A stretch of DNA of 63,395 bases, counting the filler, from Folioceros fuciformis (Eukaryota), in NCBI GenBank assembly GCA_049999805.1. It is 11 parts of 11 records of this genome, joined end to end, with 100 filler letters (N's around TTAATTAATTAA, not from the genome) between each part and the next. Parts side by side here need not be neighbours in the genome. Positions count along the whole stretch, not along the records: positions 1 to 7,531 come from JBNGIO010001456.1; positions 7,632 to 13,736 come from JBNGIO010001458.1; 9 more parts are not named here. One strand, written 5' to 3'. Numbering within the stretch: position 1 is the stretch's first letter; each line of letters begins with the position of its first letter. Both the position numbers and the translations under genes were made by a program. Below, piece after piece: positions 1 through 13,836 of the stretch. The notes beneath the pieces are model-generated. The model did no database searches. It saw nothing but the letters and a program-made list of their open reading frames with translations, and was not told the origin of the DNA.

Positions 1-295
1 AAGACGCAGATCTGAGAGGTTAGAGTCGTTGTAGTGACTGGAGTGAGTTTGTGGGCACCGAGAGAGGTGCAGCTGACCGCCGGACAGCGAGGCCTGTCCT
101 ACGCCTGATCGGAGCTGGAGGGGAGCCCTCGAATCCGTCATCGAGTCGATCAAGTCCGACCCTCCATCCACAGCAGCAAGGAACCCCATCGCACCTTCGT
201 GGGAACGAAACCCAATGTCTCAACGACAGTGGGATAAGTGTGGCCACTAAAGGTGGAATCCGTCGGCAATCAGTGCCCGGGGTTTTGCCTCCACA
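1..295. mobile_element. High-copy repeat terminus (probable LTR end, ...GGTTTTGCCTCCACA), copy 1
   Basis: Near-identical to 41431-41613 (direct) and 37572-37783 (inverted). All three copies end at the same base in CA/TG and run into a contig or window end. Confidence 0.75.
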
Positions 296-477
296 ACATG
301 CTTACAAGTGTTGCCTTCAAATGCACTCGAACATGCAAAATCTAATTATTGTGTGGGTAAGGGTAAATTTAGAAAAGAGCATTGCATACTAAGTTTGAAG
401 TACAAATGAGCCTCTTTTTGACAAATCATGTAGCTCATAAATTGTTCCAAGGTACACAGGATGAAGTTTGCTAGGTT

Positions 478-710
478 ATAGTCTATTGTGTTTTACATAA
501 CATGTTAGTGCATCTAGGTGATGCAAGGACAAAGGGTAGCCTATTGTGTTCTACATAACATGTTAACACTTCTAGGTGATGTAAGGATAGTGTGTAGTCT
601 ATTGTATTCTACATTATAACATGCTAACACATCTAGGTGATGTTTGGATAGAGGGTAGTGTATTGTGTTCTACATAATATGCTAGCGTATCTAGGAGATG
701 CAAGGGCAAT
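478..710. repeat. Degenerate ~58-60 bp tandem repeat, about 4 units
   Basis: Recurring gtctattgtgttctacataacatgttaacacatctaggtgatg units. Confidence 0.8.
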
Positions 711-1628
711 GGGTGTTGGCCAATGCAATATATGTGATACTAATGACATACAATATATATGATACCAATGAGTGAGGTGAATGAACTTCTTTGTCCTTGG
801 TGGTTAGTACACCCTTTCACATTCATAAGCACAAAGCTTTTCGAGTGATTAGTAATTTCGAGAGGTATGATAGTGGAGGTTAGTCACCCCTAGTTTAAAT
901 GCTCTTTAATGGGTCGTTCCCCTTTCTTTTAGGAGTAGATAGGTTTCCATTTCTTCTTCCATAATAAAGTCTCCTCCTTTCGTTTTGGAACTCTTTATTT
1001 GTGTAAGTTTGGTATAGGAAAGACAAGATACATGTACATACAGATTGATAAAAATATATATTATATATTTAACTATTATCAATTCATTAAATACATAAGA
1101 GAATAAGCCTAGCCCCAAAGCCTTCTCCCGATGAGCCCGCTAAAGCTGGGGCCTTGATAATCCCTGCACACGCATGAAGTTTGTTCGTTACAGTGGAAGG
1201 AGCAGGAATTATTTAAAACAGTCTTCACATTCCCTACATGCCCATATGCCTTTCACCTAGTATGTAATATCATTTTAGTTTGGCTTAAAAGTTGGTGGTG
1301 TCGGCGACTGTCGAGTCGCTGCGGCCTTCACTCCGTTGGAGTCATAATCCTCGAACCCGTTTGCAGGTTTGCCGGACAGGATTCCCTGTAAATGGCTCAG
1401 CTTGTCTGCATCGACTCTGCACGGACTGCCGTCTTCCGAGGCGGTCGATGTAGACAAATATAGTCCATCTTCGTATTCCATCTTTCATTGCCTTATCGTG
1501 GCTCTGACAGCAAGCAACGCATCTGCTACGTGTTATTTTCATGGAGATCTGGCTAGGGGCGGGCTAGAACGCTGCATTAGGGGATCTCTCCTGCCAACCT
1601 AAGGAGGAATCCTGCAGCTTACAAGGCC

Positions 1629-4600
1629 ATGGCATGCGGTAGTCTCGTGTCGGACGTGCAGCCTGGAGGCGGCATCCTGGACACCGGTCATTCGAATACA
1701 GGGGTTGCCTCAACAGGAGATGGTGGGACGTTGGCTTGTATGGTCAATGCAGAGATTGGGGCAGTGTTGGCTGTGATGCGCCGGAATGCGCGGTGGGGCA
1801 CTCGCTATATGGCCGGCCATGACGATCAGCACGAACACTCACTCATGCATGCACTCAAGATGTTACGACGGCGCATCTTCAGCTGGCACGAGCCCTGGCA
1901 GACCATTAGCCCCATTATCTACCTTTCTCCTTTTCTTGAGGTTATCCGTTCCGACGAGACAGGTACCTGCATCCCTGTCCTTAAACTTCTTTTGAGTTGC
2001 CCATGTCAGCCGTTGCTGCTGTGCCGGTGGATTTGATTGACACTGCTTGTCGTCATGTGGCAGGAGCTCCTATCACAGGCGTTGCTCTTTCTGCTGTGTA
2101 TAAGATTCTGACCTTGCAAGTTTTCAATGCGAGGACGGCTCATGTTGGTGAAGCGATGCATTCCATAGTGGACTCTGTCACCAGCTGCCGTTTCGAGGTC
2201 ACTGATCCAGCCTCAGAGGAAATTGTCCTCATGAAGATCCTGCAAGTCCTGGTGGCGTGTGTTAAAACTGGTGCCGGTGCTGTTCTTAGTAATGGTGATG
2301 TGCTGAATGTGGTGAACACCTGCTATAGAGTTGTGCATCAGGCTGGTTCAAAAGGCGAGCTCTTGCAGCGCACTGCCCGTCATGCTATGCATGAGCTTGT
2401 TAGGACCATCTTCTCAAGATTGCCCATTGTCAGTGCCCACTCTGGAACAGCTCCAAACAGTCAGTTTGAGCAGTCCTCGTACAACAGCCCCGCTTCCGTG
2501 AGTGATGCGACACCTCAATGTCTTTTATGCAAGGTGTGGACGGAAGTAGGGCTGGCACAACTGACGTCAGAACCTTGGTTTTGTGCAGGGAGAGTTGCAA
2601 ACAGAGGGAGCCGGTTTTGGTCTACAGGAAAATGGGGCTAATGTTCTTGGCTTGTCCAGCACAGGCTCCAATGATGGTCCATCTTTAGAAGATGGACCAC
2701 AGAAGCTTCCTCATCAGTTATCACCATCGTCACCTGGGTTAGCTTTGTCTGATGGTAGTAACTTTCAGGACTGGGGGGCAGCGAACAAAATGGATGGTTA
2801 TCAAGGTGATTCTGCGTCAAGGGAATCCTACGGAGTGATGTGCATGGTGGATATTTTTCATTTTTTGTGCTCTCTCTTGAATGTGGGGGATCCTATGGGC
2901 CCTGGTCAAAGTGTTTTAGCTAGTGATGAGGATGTTCCACTTTTTGCACTTGGCCTTATCAACTCTGCACTGGAATTGGGTGGGCAATCATTTGGTCAGC
3001 ACCCCAAGCTGCTGGCCCTTGTGCAGGATGAACTCTGCCGCAATCTTATCCAGATGGGACTCTCTCGTCAGCCTTTGGTTTTATCCATGGCCTGCAGTAT
3101 AGTCCTTAATCTGTATCATCATCTTCGGTGCCACGTCAAGCTTCAACTCGAAGCTTTTGTTTCTTATGTGATAATCCGTCTGGCACAGGGGAGGTATGGG
3201 GCCACGTATCAAGAACAGGAAGTGGCTATGGAAGCCCTGGTTGACTTTTGTCGGCAACCAAGGTTCATGGTTGAAATGTATGCCAACTTTGACTGTGACA
3301 TCACTTGCAGTAATTTGTTTGAAGATCTTGGGAACTTGCTATCGAAGAGTGCATTTCCAGTGAACTGTCCACTTTCTGCCATGCATGTTCTTGCGCTTGA
3401 GGGGCTTCTCGCTGTCATTCATAGTATGGCTGAAAGAGTTGACGGTGCCTCAGTCCCTGCTTCTGGGTCAGCAATTGAAGAAGGGCAGGAGTATGTGCCG
3501 TTCTGGACAGTGCAGTGCGAGAACTATGAAGATCCACAGTGTTGGGTTCAGTTTGTTCGACGATGTAAATACATAAAACGTAGGTTAATGATTGGTGCTG
3601 ATCATTTCAACAGAGATCCTAAGAAGGGTCTCGAGTTTCTTCAAGTGATCCGCTTTCTGCCAGAGAAGCTTGATCCTCGAAGTGTGGCATGCTTCTTCAG
3701 GTATACGTCAGGTCTGGATAAGAGCCTATTAGGAGATTTCTTGGGTGATCCCGATGAGTTTTGCCTCGATGTGCTGGTTGAGTTTGCTCGAACTTTTGAC
3801 TTCACTGATATGAGTCTAGATAGTGCCTTGCGTACATTCCTTGAGAGCTTTCGCCTACCAGGAGAGGCCCAGAAGATATCCAGGGTGCTTGATGCGTTTG
3901 CAGAGAGATATTATGAACAGTCCTCTGGGATATTGGCCAATAAGGATGCTGCTTATGTACTTGCTTACTCTGTCATTATGCTCAACACAGACCAGCACAA
4001 TGTCCGAGTTAAACGGAAGATGACTGAAGAAGACTTCATCAAGAATAATCGGAGCATCAATGGTGGGGAAGACCTACCTCGTGAGATGCTTTTAGATCTG
4101 TACCACTCAATTGTACGGGATGAAATCAAAGTATCTTATGACCATGGTACGGCATCTGGTGATATGACCTACAGCCGGTGGGTGGATTTGATGCGTAGAT
4201 CTCGAACAACTTCTCCTTATATTCAGTGTGACATGGCTCAACTGCTAGACAATGATATGTTTGGTATGATCTCGGGTCCAACAATCGCTGCTATTTCTGT
4301 GGTTTTCGACCATGCTGAAGAAGAGGAGGTGCAGCAGGCTTGTGTAGATGGTTTCCTGGCAGTGGCAAAGATTGCTGCAAGCTATCGCCTTGAGGATGTG
4401 CTAGATGATTTGGCTGTGTCCCTATGCAAGTTCACAACTCTACTCAATCCTGCCATGTCCGTGGAAGAGCCTGCGATTGCCTTTGGAGGCGATACAAAGG
4501 CTCGAATGGCTGCACTTGCTGTGTTTACCATTGCCAACAAGTTTGGTGACTATATTCGTGGTGGATGGCGTAATATTCTGGATTGCATTCTCCGTTTGCA

Positions 4601-6341
4601 TAAGTTAGGTCTCTTAGCATCACGTGTTGCCAGTGATATTGCTGATGAGACAGATGGCATGGCTTCTTCAGCACATGGGAAAGCTTTCCCGGGCAACCAG
4701 GCCCTAATGCCTGCACCTACTGGTGGTGCACGTCGGAAGTCATCTGGTTTGATGAGTCGTTTTAGCCAGCTGCTTTCTTTGGAAAGTGAGGAGCCTAGAT
4801 TGCAGCCTACAGAGCAACAGTTGGCAGCTCATCAAAGAACCCTTCGCACCATTGAAGCGTGTCACATAGACAATATTTTCACTGATAGCAGATTTTTGCA
4901 AGCAGATTCACTTTTGGAGCTAGCTAAGGCTCTCATTGGAGCTGCAGGAAGGTCAACGAAAGGAACCACACCAGAGGATGAAGATACTGCTGTTTTCTGC
5001 TTAGAGCTTCTAATTGCCATCACTCTCAATAATCGCGACCGAATAATGTTGCTTTGGCAGGGTGTCTATGAGCATATGGCTGGCATTGTTCAGACTGCAA
5101 CTACTCCTACCCCCCTTGTGGAGAAGGCTGTTTTTGGTCTACTTCACATCTGCCAACGGCTGCTTCCTTACAAGGAAAATCTGTCTGAAGAGCTTCTGCG
5201 ATCTCTGCAGTTGATTTTGAAACTTGATGCGCGCGTTGCTGACGAGTTTTGCGAGCGAATCACCCAGGAGGTAATGCAGCTCGTCAGAGCCAATGCTGGA
5301 CATATTAAATCCATGGCCGGATGGAGGACAGTAGCATCTTTACTGACAATGACTGCTCGGCATCCAGAAGCGTCAGATCCTGGATTTGAAGCCCTTGCTT
5401 TCATAATGGCGGAGGGTGCACACATGCTACCCGCCAACTATGTTCTTTGCGTTGATGCAGCAAGGGCCTTTGCTGAATCCAGGACTGGTGGGAATGACAG
5501 GTCGATCCGTGCCCTTGATCTTCTTTCAGAGTCAGTCACATGTCTTGTGCAGTGGAGGAAAGTCGCTAGTTCTGATGCCAATTCAGCTGAGGAATTAGGT
5601 GCAAATGGAAAGGTGATTCAAGAGCTTGCAGATATGTGGCTTCGACTTGCCCAAGGGTTGAGGAAAGTATGTGTTGATCACAGGGAGGAAGTCAGAAATC
5701 ATGCCTTATCAGCTTTGCAACGATGTATAATCGCAGCAGATGACTTAAACGCCAGCCCATCAGTTTTGGCTCACTGTTTTGACCAGATTGTCTTTCCTTT
5801 GCTAGATGAACTTCTGGATATCGCAAGTAGACAGTCATCGAAAGAGTTTCGGAGCATGGAAGGAACTTTGTATCAAGCGATGAAATTCATATCAAAGAGC
5901 TTTCTTCATTTTCTGGACCATCTGTCAGCCCTACCTAGCTTTCGGTCATTCTGGCTCGCTGTGCTGAGTCATATGGAGAAGTACCTGAAACTTCGGCTCA
6001 AAGGCAAAGCCAGCGACAGGCTGCAAGAACAAGTGCCTGAGATCTTGAAGAACATGCTGCTTGTGATGCATACTAGAGGAGTACTCATGCAGAGGAGCCC
6101 TCTTGGAGGCGACAGCCTGTGGGAGCAAAGCTGGCCTCAGGTTCAGGCTATTTCGCCTTGGATTCAAGATGATATGTTTCCTGAAGTCGGATCTCCACTT
6201 GAAGCAGAAAAAAATGGAGCGGAGAAAAAGGAGGTTACTGTGGAGCAAGAGGTGCTGACCGCAGAAGGTTCTGGGCTTGAGGCTTCACCTGTGGCAGTGG
6301 ATACCGCACCAAAGGAAGCGGCACATTTGAACAGTTCGTAG
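1629..6341 (+). CDS. GNOM: GNOM/GBF-type ARF guanine-nucleotide exchange factor (Sec7); join(1629..1962,2064..2497,2589..6341), ~1506 aa
   Basis: N-terminal LACMVNAEIGAVLAVMRRNARWG, DSVTSCRFEVTDPASEE, HUS box (YANFDCD), Sec7 FRLPGEAQKI and YSVIMLNTDQHN. GT-AG introns join in frame. Confidence 0.95.
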
Positions 6342-7531
6342 AGAATGTCGGCATGCGAGGTTGTAGAGAATGGCAGACCGCAACAGAGCAAATCAAGTTG
6401 CTTTTTATGCTGAGCAGATACTTTCATTATTTCATCCTATTTGAGGTAAATAGTTTGGTGCATTTTGCCGGTTATGTCGTAGACGTAGTTTCGCACCTCG
6501 TAGGTTTGTTGCCTGCAACGTTTTCAGGCGGCAACCCTACAAGCTGCAACTGCCTGCGCGATTAGACTGCGCAGCATGATGGGTTGCAGGTACAAGTGAG
6601 GCCAGAAGGAATTCCTTTTGCTACAGCAAAACTGGTGGCGTGTCCGAACCTTAACGGCGTGTTTTGACGAGGAGGCTCGTAGGACAGAACACCCCTAACA
6701 TTAGTAGATGCTCATGTAGCTTGCGGATGTGGACATTCGCACCATGTAACATTAGGGCTCTTCACATGGACATGACCGACACTACATGTGAATACTTAGA
6801 GCCACGCCTTGACATTCTCGTGCATTACCGTTTGGCTTCTATCGCATCTCATTAGGCTAGGCGATTGACTTATCTGAAGAAAATGGCTTAAAAAAGGAGT
6901 GCAGGAAGCAGGACAGGGTTTAAAGGGGCAAATGGCTTGTAAGGAAGAAAAGGATCAAAATGACTTCGAGAGCAATGGCCGTCTTGTCAACTAGTATTAT
7001 TTTTCAAGCTGTGTTACTTCATCAACTGACTATTCGAATTCTGCTGGCCAGCCCCCTAGCCATTATCTATTTTGACAAAAGGTTAGGAGGTGAAGGAATG
7101 CCTGGGACAATTAGAGAGTCCTTTAACTGAGAAAAAAATACAAGATGGGAATGGACAACTAGAGAGTCCTTTAATTGAGAAAAAAGAACAGAAGATGGAG
7201 TTCATCTACATCGAATTGCTTTAATTGAGCAAAAAAATGGGAATCCATCTACATTGAAATAAATCTGGTTGCTTTGATTGGGCCACCAGAATCCTTCACT
7301 TGAGAAAGCTGTTGAGCCCTAAAGAATCCTTCAATTGAGAAAAACAAGATGGATTTCAATGTGAGACAAACTACCAATGGTGATCAAGCCAAGGGGCCTT
7401 TATTTGAGAAAAACAAGATTGAAAATCCATCTACCGAGAAAGAGCTGAGAGCTGAGACAAACCATCAACGGTGACTAGGCCACAAACCATCAGCCATGAG
7501 CCTAAAACCTAGCCATAGCATGGGTATCACC

Positions 7532-7631
7532 NNNNNNNNNNNNNNNNNNNNNNNNNNNNNNNNNNNNNNNNNNNNTTAATTAATTAANNNNNNNNNNNNN
7601 NNNNNNNNNNNNNNNNNNNNNNNNNNNNNNN
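7532..7631. other. Artificial contig-joining spacer (44N-TTAATTAATTAA-44N); identical spacers at 13737, 20181, 24938, 28035, 37784, 41331, 52080, 58275, 61181
   Basis: Same 100-nt structure ten times, with a six-frame stop linker. Confidence 0.98.
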
Positions 7632-8138
7632 GCTTAGCTTGTCGAATCTTTCAGTTTTTTTTTTTTGGCCCTGGATTTGGTTCCAGGTTTGCGGGTAGTC
7701 GAATTTTCTGATTAGTTGTGTAGCTTGCTTGGGAGTAGCCCTTTCTTTTGGGATGCGGGGTTGGAATCTCTTGCACTTTCCTTTTATTTCCTGCTTTCGT
7801 CGCTGATGCGACCGTCTTGTTGTTTTCTGACCTTTGGATTTCCGGATGTAAGCATTGTAGGCTGGCACGTTCGGTTGTCGGTCTTAGAAGCTGAACTTTC
7901 TTGTCGGGTGGGACGGGACGCCTGTGATCTTGTAGAAAGGTTCTCCTGGTTTTTCTCGTTTTCTTGCGTCTAAGCCCTTATGTAGGACTTCTTGTTTTCA
8001 ATCCCGGCTTTTTAGTGTTTTGCCGGAAGGGAGGACTCCTAGTTTTGGTTAGGACGCTCACGATCTTGGAGCTGCTGAAGATGATGAGCGGGGAAGGGGA
8101 GTTTTATTCCAATTTTTACGCTTAGAGTGGCTGGAGAG

Positions 8139-9935
8139 ATGCCCCGCTTTGCTAGATGCGGATGGGGTGCAAGAGGGGGTCCTTTCGTAGGCCCTGTGCT
8201 GCTGATGGTGGTGCTTTATGTCGCGTTTCAAGGTGCTGCTCAGCTATTTTTCATAGAATCTAAAGTGGTGCACAAGTTGCGTGCTTCCAATGTCGTTGGC
8301 CAGAATGCGCTTGCGGTTACAGGTGAGCCAGCCGAGTCCGTTTTGCTTGTTGAGCAAGTCAGGGGTGGTGAGGAAGTCGGTACTGAGGAAATCGTCGTTG
8401 ATGTATCACATGGAATTGATCATGGGCATGATACGACAGAGGATTTTCCGATGTGGCAAGCTGAGACCGCTCTCAAAGTTTTCATGTATGATCTTCCAAG
8501 AGAGTTTACGTACGGGGTGATTGAGCAGTACTTGAGATCTAGGGGGCTCCTTAAGGATGATGGGGAACCTGTGAATGATGCGCAATTGCAATATCCAGGC
8601 AACCAGCACAGTGCGGAATGGCATCTCTTCAGTGATCTGCTCAAGCCTACGGTTTCCAAGACTAATCCTGTGGCTGCGAGGGTTATGAATCCCAGTGAGG
8701 CTGATGTCTTCTATGTCCCATTCTTCTCGTCCCTCAGCCTTCTTGTGAATATGGTTCCCAACCCTCAAAACCCGACGTACAGTGATGAGCAGATGCAAGA
8801 AAAGCTGGTGGCCTGGTTGGAACAACAACCGACCTGGCAGAAAGCAAATGGTCGCAACCATGTTATTATTGCGCAGGATCCAAATGCTCTGCACAAGGTT
8901 AAAGATCGCCTAAAACGAGCGGTACTACTGATCTCTGATTTCGGAAGGATGGTACACGGTGAAGGATCGCTTGTGAAAGATGTCATTCTCCCTTACACTC
9001 ATCGAATAACGTCTTATGAATACGAGAACGCCACTCTGACCAGAGATACACTCCTCTTTTTCATGGGAAACCGTTACAGAAAAGAGGTGAGCTTCAAATG
9101 TAGGCATTTTGTTTTCTTGTGGATTCTACTGCACAAATTACTGGTGGACGATGATGAACAGCATTGTTGCTTGTCATGGTCTTAGGCGGCTGATTGTTGT
9201 GCTGTGTGAAACCAGGGAGGGAAAATTCGAGACGAACTTTTCCAACTCTTGGAGGGTGAGAGTGACATGTTCATCAGGCATGGCACACAATCCCGAGAAA
9301 GTAGGCGCTTGGCCACACAGGGGATGAGGACATCTAAGTTTTGTCTTCATCCTGCTGGGGATACTCCATCAGCTTGCAGACTGTTTGATGCCATTGTCAG
9401 CATATGTGTACCTGTGATCGTGAGTGATGACATAGAACTCCCATTTGAAGATGAAATAGACTACAGCCAGTTCTCCATCTTTGTTTCAACATCAAATGCT
9501 CTCAAGTCTGGATATTTAGCCCGTCGACTTAGGAATGTGAGCAGTGAAAAGCTGATCAAGTACCAGCAGCGAATGCGGGAGGTAACTCAGTCCATCCACC
9601 TTTGGCTTGTTGGCGATGTATCTGTGTAGCCTGTTTCTCGTTGTGTTCCTACCGATTCCTGAGTTCTGACTGAGCAGATGATAACTTATTGCCTGCAGGT
9701 AAGGAAGTACTTCGAGTACGATGTACCAGATGGAGCAATTAATCAGATCTGGCGACAAGTCCACAACAAGGTACCTCTGATGAAGCTGATGATACATCGA
9801 GACAGGCGGATTGTCACCGGTATAGAGCGAGGGGAGGACTGCTCTTGCATTTGCTCGAATGGAAGCGCCCCGCATGTAAGAGGGTTTTCACTTTCGAAGT
9901 TTAAGAACAGAATAATCAAATCTAAAGCTATCTGA
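8139..9935 (+). CDS. Exostosin family GT47 glycosyltransferase (ARAD1-like); join(8139..9086,9216..9581,9699..9935), ~516 aa
   Basis: Type II TM anchor, [62 protein letters not shown]. Introns join in frame. Confidence 0.92.
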
Positions 9936-10628
9936 GAAAGGCCTATCGCACAGCCGTTGTCCATCCTGACCTGTAGGTTTGATCCTTCTTTTTCCTCAGG
10001 TGAGCATTTGAGTCATGCGTCTGGATCTGATGACCTGCCCGTGTATGGCAAGATCAGTGGAATACAAGATGCTGCTTCGCTAACCGCAGGTAACGAGCTG
10101 CATACGGGTTAACGTAACTCTCCGAAGTGGTTTTCGATCGTGGGCCTAAATTAGGTTCTCGTGATGTGCAGTTGCTTTGCAGTGGAAAATGATATCAGCC
10201 ACAGGATACGAAGTTTACCCACAGGATTGTAGTGTCTTTCATTTTGTATCATAACTGTTTGTTGCCACGAAAATCGCCTAGAGACAGAAAGATGAATGAT
10301 GACTGTTCGCGTGGAAAGTTCACGTGTCACAATACCAAGTGAAAAGTGTGCTTCATTTTTATCTCTGTAGGTCAGATGACAAACTCCACAGTGGTTCCAT
10401 ATGTGTGCAACCTAAACCCTAAACCCTTTGCATATATTGCAAACATTAACTAAATAATTACACCGTAAGCACAGCAACAACTTCCATCAAGCATCCAATT
10501 ACAGAATGGAACATCATTTTCTTAAGCGTACATGACCTTCCAAGACACAGATCCTATCACACCTGGCATTCCCTTATCAGCAGAAATTCGGCCCACCAGG
10601 ATGCACAGGTCAAATCTGCCATTATATT

Positions 10629-10870
10629 CAGAGCTGAAACAACCAGATCATCCCTGGTTCAACTCTCCCACGTTCTGCATAGAATTCTTTACATCACGAT
10701 CTCATTGGAGTTCGCTGAAGCCAAGGTTCGAGTTCAGAAGCTTACATTTTTTCCAGAGCTGCGACAACGAGATCGTTCCTGGTCCAAGTCTCCCTTTCTG
10801 CATAGAATTCTTTCATCACATCATGATCTTATTGAAGTTCGCTGAAACAAAGGTTTGGAATTCAGAAGCT
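10629..10870. repeat. Diverged ~120 bp tandem duplication downstream of the G-patch gene
   Basis: cagagctg...ttctgcatagaattcttt...gagttcgctgaa...ttcagaagctt occurs twice. Confidence 0.75.
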
Positions 10871-10957
10871 TTCTTACTTGATTGCACTGTCTGGTCCTCA
10901 TGGCGGAACCCTCGAGGCATGCAATGGATATCTTTGGGACTTTCATGCAATCACAAG

Positions 10958-13503
10958 TCAAGTCCAGCCCAGCCCAGCTCTGCCAGAGTTACCAGATGCC
11001 TGTATAGGATCTTTGAGGCCTTCATTTGAAACTCCCAAAGATTGTCCCTGCAGCAGCAATCACGTTGTGCACGAATTCATGCCAACATCAGCCCCGTCCT
11101 TCCGATGTTTATGCTCCAGCTACATGCAAAGGTAAATCACATGAACCAACCTCCTTCCATCCCATGCCCATGAGCATACGTTTCCCTTTGTTGTCTTCTC
11201 CCAGACTCGGTGCAGCAGCAGCTGTTTCTAGGGCACCTACCATGTCTGTTGCAAGCTCTGCCTCAAGCTTTTCCAGTTCTCGCACTGGCAAGGCCTTCTG
11301 CCCGGGTCCAGTTCCAATCCCGTTATGCAAAATTCTTCGTTCAGCCGCACGATCCCTATACCGCTGCTTCCTCTGCACAATACTGGTTGATAAGCTAGGC
11401 AAAAAGAAGCAACACAGACCGTTGCTATTCACATTGGAGAGACTTCAAGAAGAATGTTCACAACATTGAATGAAATCTTGAATAGTGGTACCTCCTCCAT
11501 TTTGCTGGTTTCAATATCAGAGAAAATCCGTAGGTTACCAGCACCCGGCCTCCTAGCCCTCTGCACATCACTTAGCTGTTAAAAACTCAAGTTTATACGT
11601 ACTTCACCACTTGCTTCCTGGGGCAGAAGATCCTGACACCTTGAAAGTGGTCGCGTCTTGGAAGCGCCAGTGACCTAGGTTGGGCACAAACGGTTTTGAC
11701 ACCACCTGAAGTGCTTGCCTTTCCATGGCGATGTCAGAATGGCATGCGTTCACTTGTTCTGTGTAGCACTCAGCTTCATTTATCGGCTCCTCTGGTAATC
11801 CCAGATTTGGAAACCCCCAATTTAAGGTTGGGTTCGAGGAGTCAAAAGTTGCAATCGACATTAAATGCTTGGAACTTGGTCTTCTAAGCCTGTACAATTT
11901 GCCTGAAAATGTGTAACAAGTCTCAGTGAATAGTTCCTAGACTCAAGGCACAGTTCTTGGTAAACACTTGGGGTAGTGTCCAAGTTTCTGAACCACCTGA
12001 AAAGTTCATCCAAGGTGAAAAGTTTATGCTGTGTATAACAAAACAACAGTTTGCAACCACCATGTCGTCCAACACTCATCAGACAGAAGCTGACCTGAGG
12101 AGACCTTGACCAAGTCATACTCAGCCCCGCAGACCCTGCTGGTTTTGATGAGTCCTCCGGTACTCGATAGAGAAGGATGCAGCTTACTTCGACTAGATGC
12201 TACGCGGCCAAGTAGTCGCATTGAATATTTGATCTTTGTCCCCTTTCCCTCTTCCGTCACTGTCATCCAGTCCCACAAATCAACTATACCAGGAATTTGT
12301 ACATACTTTCGAGAAGCTTGAGCAACTTGCCCAAATTGAGCCTGCCAAAGTTCCTCATCACGGCCGACTAAAGTGTCTGTCGCACCTCCCTCTGTATAAA
12401 GTGTTTCCGCGCCTTCAAGTACCCTCCTTCCACCCTCGTCTCCCTCAGACTCGCCTCCTTCATGCTCACCTTCACTTTCCCTTCCCCTTTCCTTTGCGGG
12501 CCAATCATCCTCCGCATATTTGTGATCATTTTTGCCCCACACACACTCTGATTCCTCCCATTTGCTGGCATTGTTATCCCACTCACCTTCTTCTGGTACC
12601 CATTCACCTTCCTCCAAACCTTCACTTAGATCATCATCAGACTTATCATGAGGATCCTGGGAGCTTCTGCAACCTATCATACCCACCAAATTCGTTCCTT
12701 CATAATCATCAGAGGTATCCAAGATTTTGGTATAACCTTGCAAATACATCTCTATAAGCGTCTCTTCAATCCTGTCCACCAGCGACCCCCATATGAGCAA
12801 AATTATCGTTCACGTTCCTTCACGAAATAATGGTTACCAACTAGCGAGAATCTGTCTGACTGCCTTTCCCAAACGAAGCCAAGAGTCTGGACATTACCAT
12901 TTTGAAGCAGGCTGAGGCTCATCGTCTGCTCGTGAGTCATCTGCCGCATTCCAGACACCTTCTACAAGATGCACGTACCTGATCAGTTGAGCGATAGGAA
13001 GACAAAGTTGCAGGTTGCATGATAATAATATAGCACCAGAGACTGGCCTCCACAATTTGACTGAGTACAGAGACTACCTTGCTCCTCAGGCTTGACAGCA
13101 CCTATGGTGACAGATGTTTTACTGTCATCATGCTCTGTGTACAAGTAATAGGCCACTGACACCTTGTCGAAGTACCAGTACATTCCCCTTCCGTGGTCAT
13201 AGTGCCACGCTGGATAGGAAGCTGGCAGACCTTGAAAAACTGTTGTAATAGGCTGACTTTCTGGTGCATCCTGAACAGAATTGTCTTCCGTGACTTTCTC
13301 CACAAATGAAACATCCCCAGCCCGCTCGGCAAGGTCACTGTGTGAAGTGCAATCTTCTGCGTCGGGAACCTCACTGCTGTCAAACTTGCTCTCCAGGGAT
13401 TGCGATGCTAAGGGCACATATCGGCCTTCTTCAAATTTGTAATATTGGCCATCATTAGAATTGTAATACCACCCTGCTGCGGGATCGTGATAGAACCCCG
13501 TGC
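10958..13503 (-). CDS. OCRE and G-patch (D111) domain RNA-processing protein, multi-exon, 5' end truncated by contig break
   Basis: OCRE repeats TGFYHDPAAGWYYNSNDGQYYKFEEG; RYRDRAAERR; G-patch LGEDNKGKRMLMGMGWKE|GQSLG...GRAGLGW across exons 11151-11372 and 10958-11047. Confidence 0.85.
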
Positions 13504-13836
13504 TGGCAAGAACAAGAGCTCATGGTGAGAAATAGAACTAAAGGGAATGTATTTAGAGCACCCTAACATCGCCAACGTCAGAGCAGTTGTCTGGCCCTAA
13601 TCCACAAGTCACACGTCCACGGAAGTAGCAAGAAAAAGGTGTCACGAATCTTCATCCCAGGAGCACCAGCAGAAATTTGCAGAACACTCCTGATGGAGAA
13701 GGAGAGGCTGATCGAATCTACGGCATACATGTGAACNNNNNNNNNNNNNNNNNNNNNNNNNNNNNNNNNNNNNNNNNNNNTTAATTAATTAANNNNNNNN
13801 NNNNNNNNNNNNNNNNNNNNNNNNNNNNNNNNNNNN

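Noticed and set aside
7532-7631. Recurrent TTAATTAATTAA palindrome in N runs
   Set aside because: Artificial contig linker. ORFs containing X runs and gene neighbourhoods spanning these spacers are artefacts.
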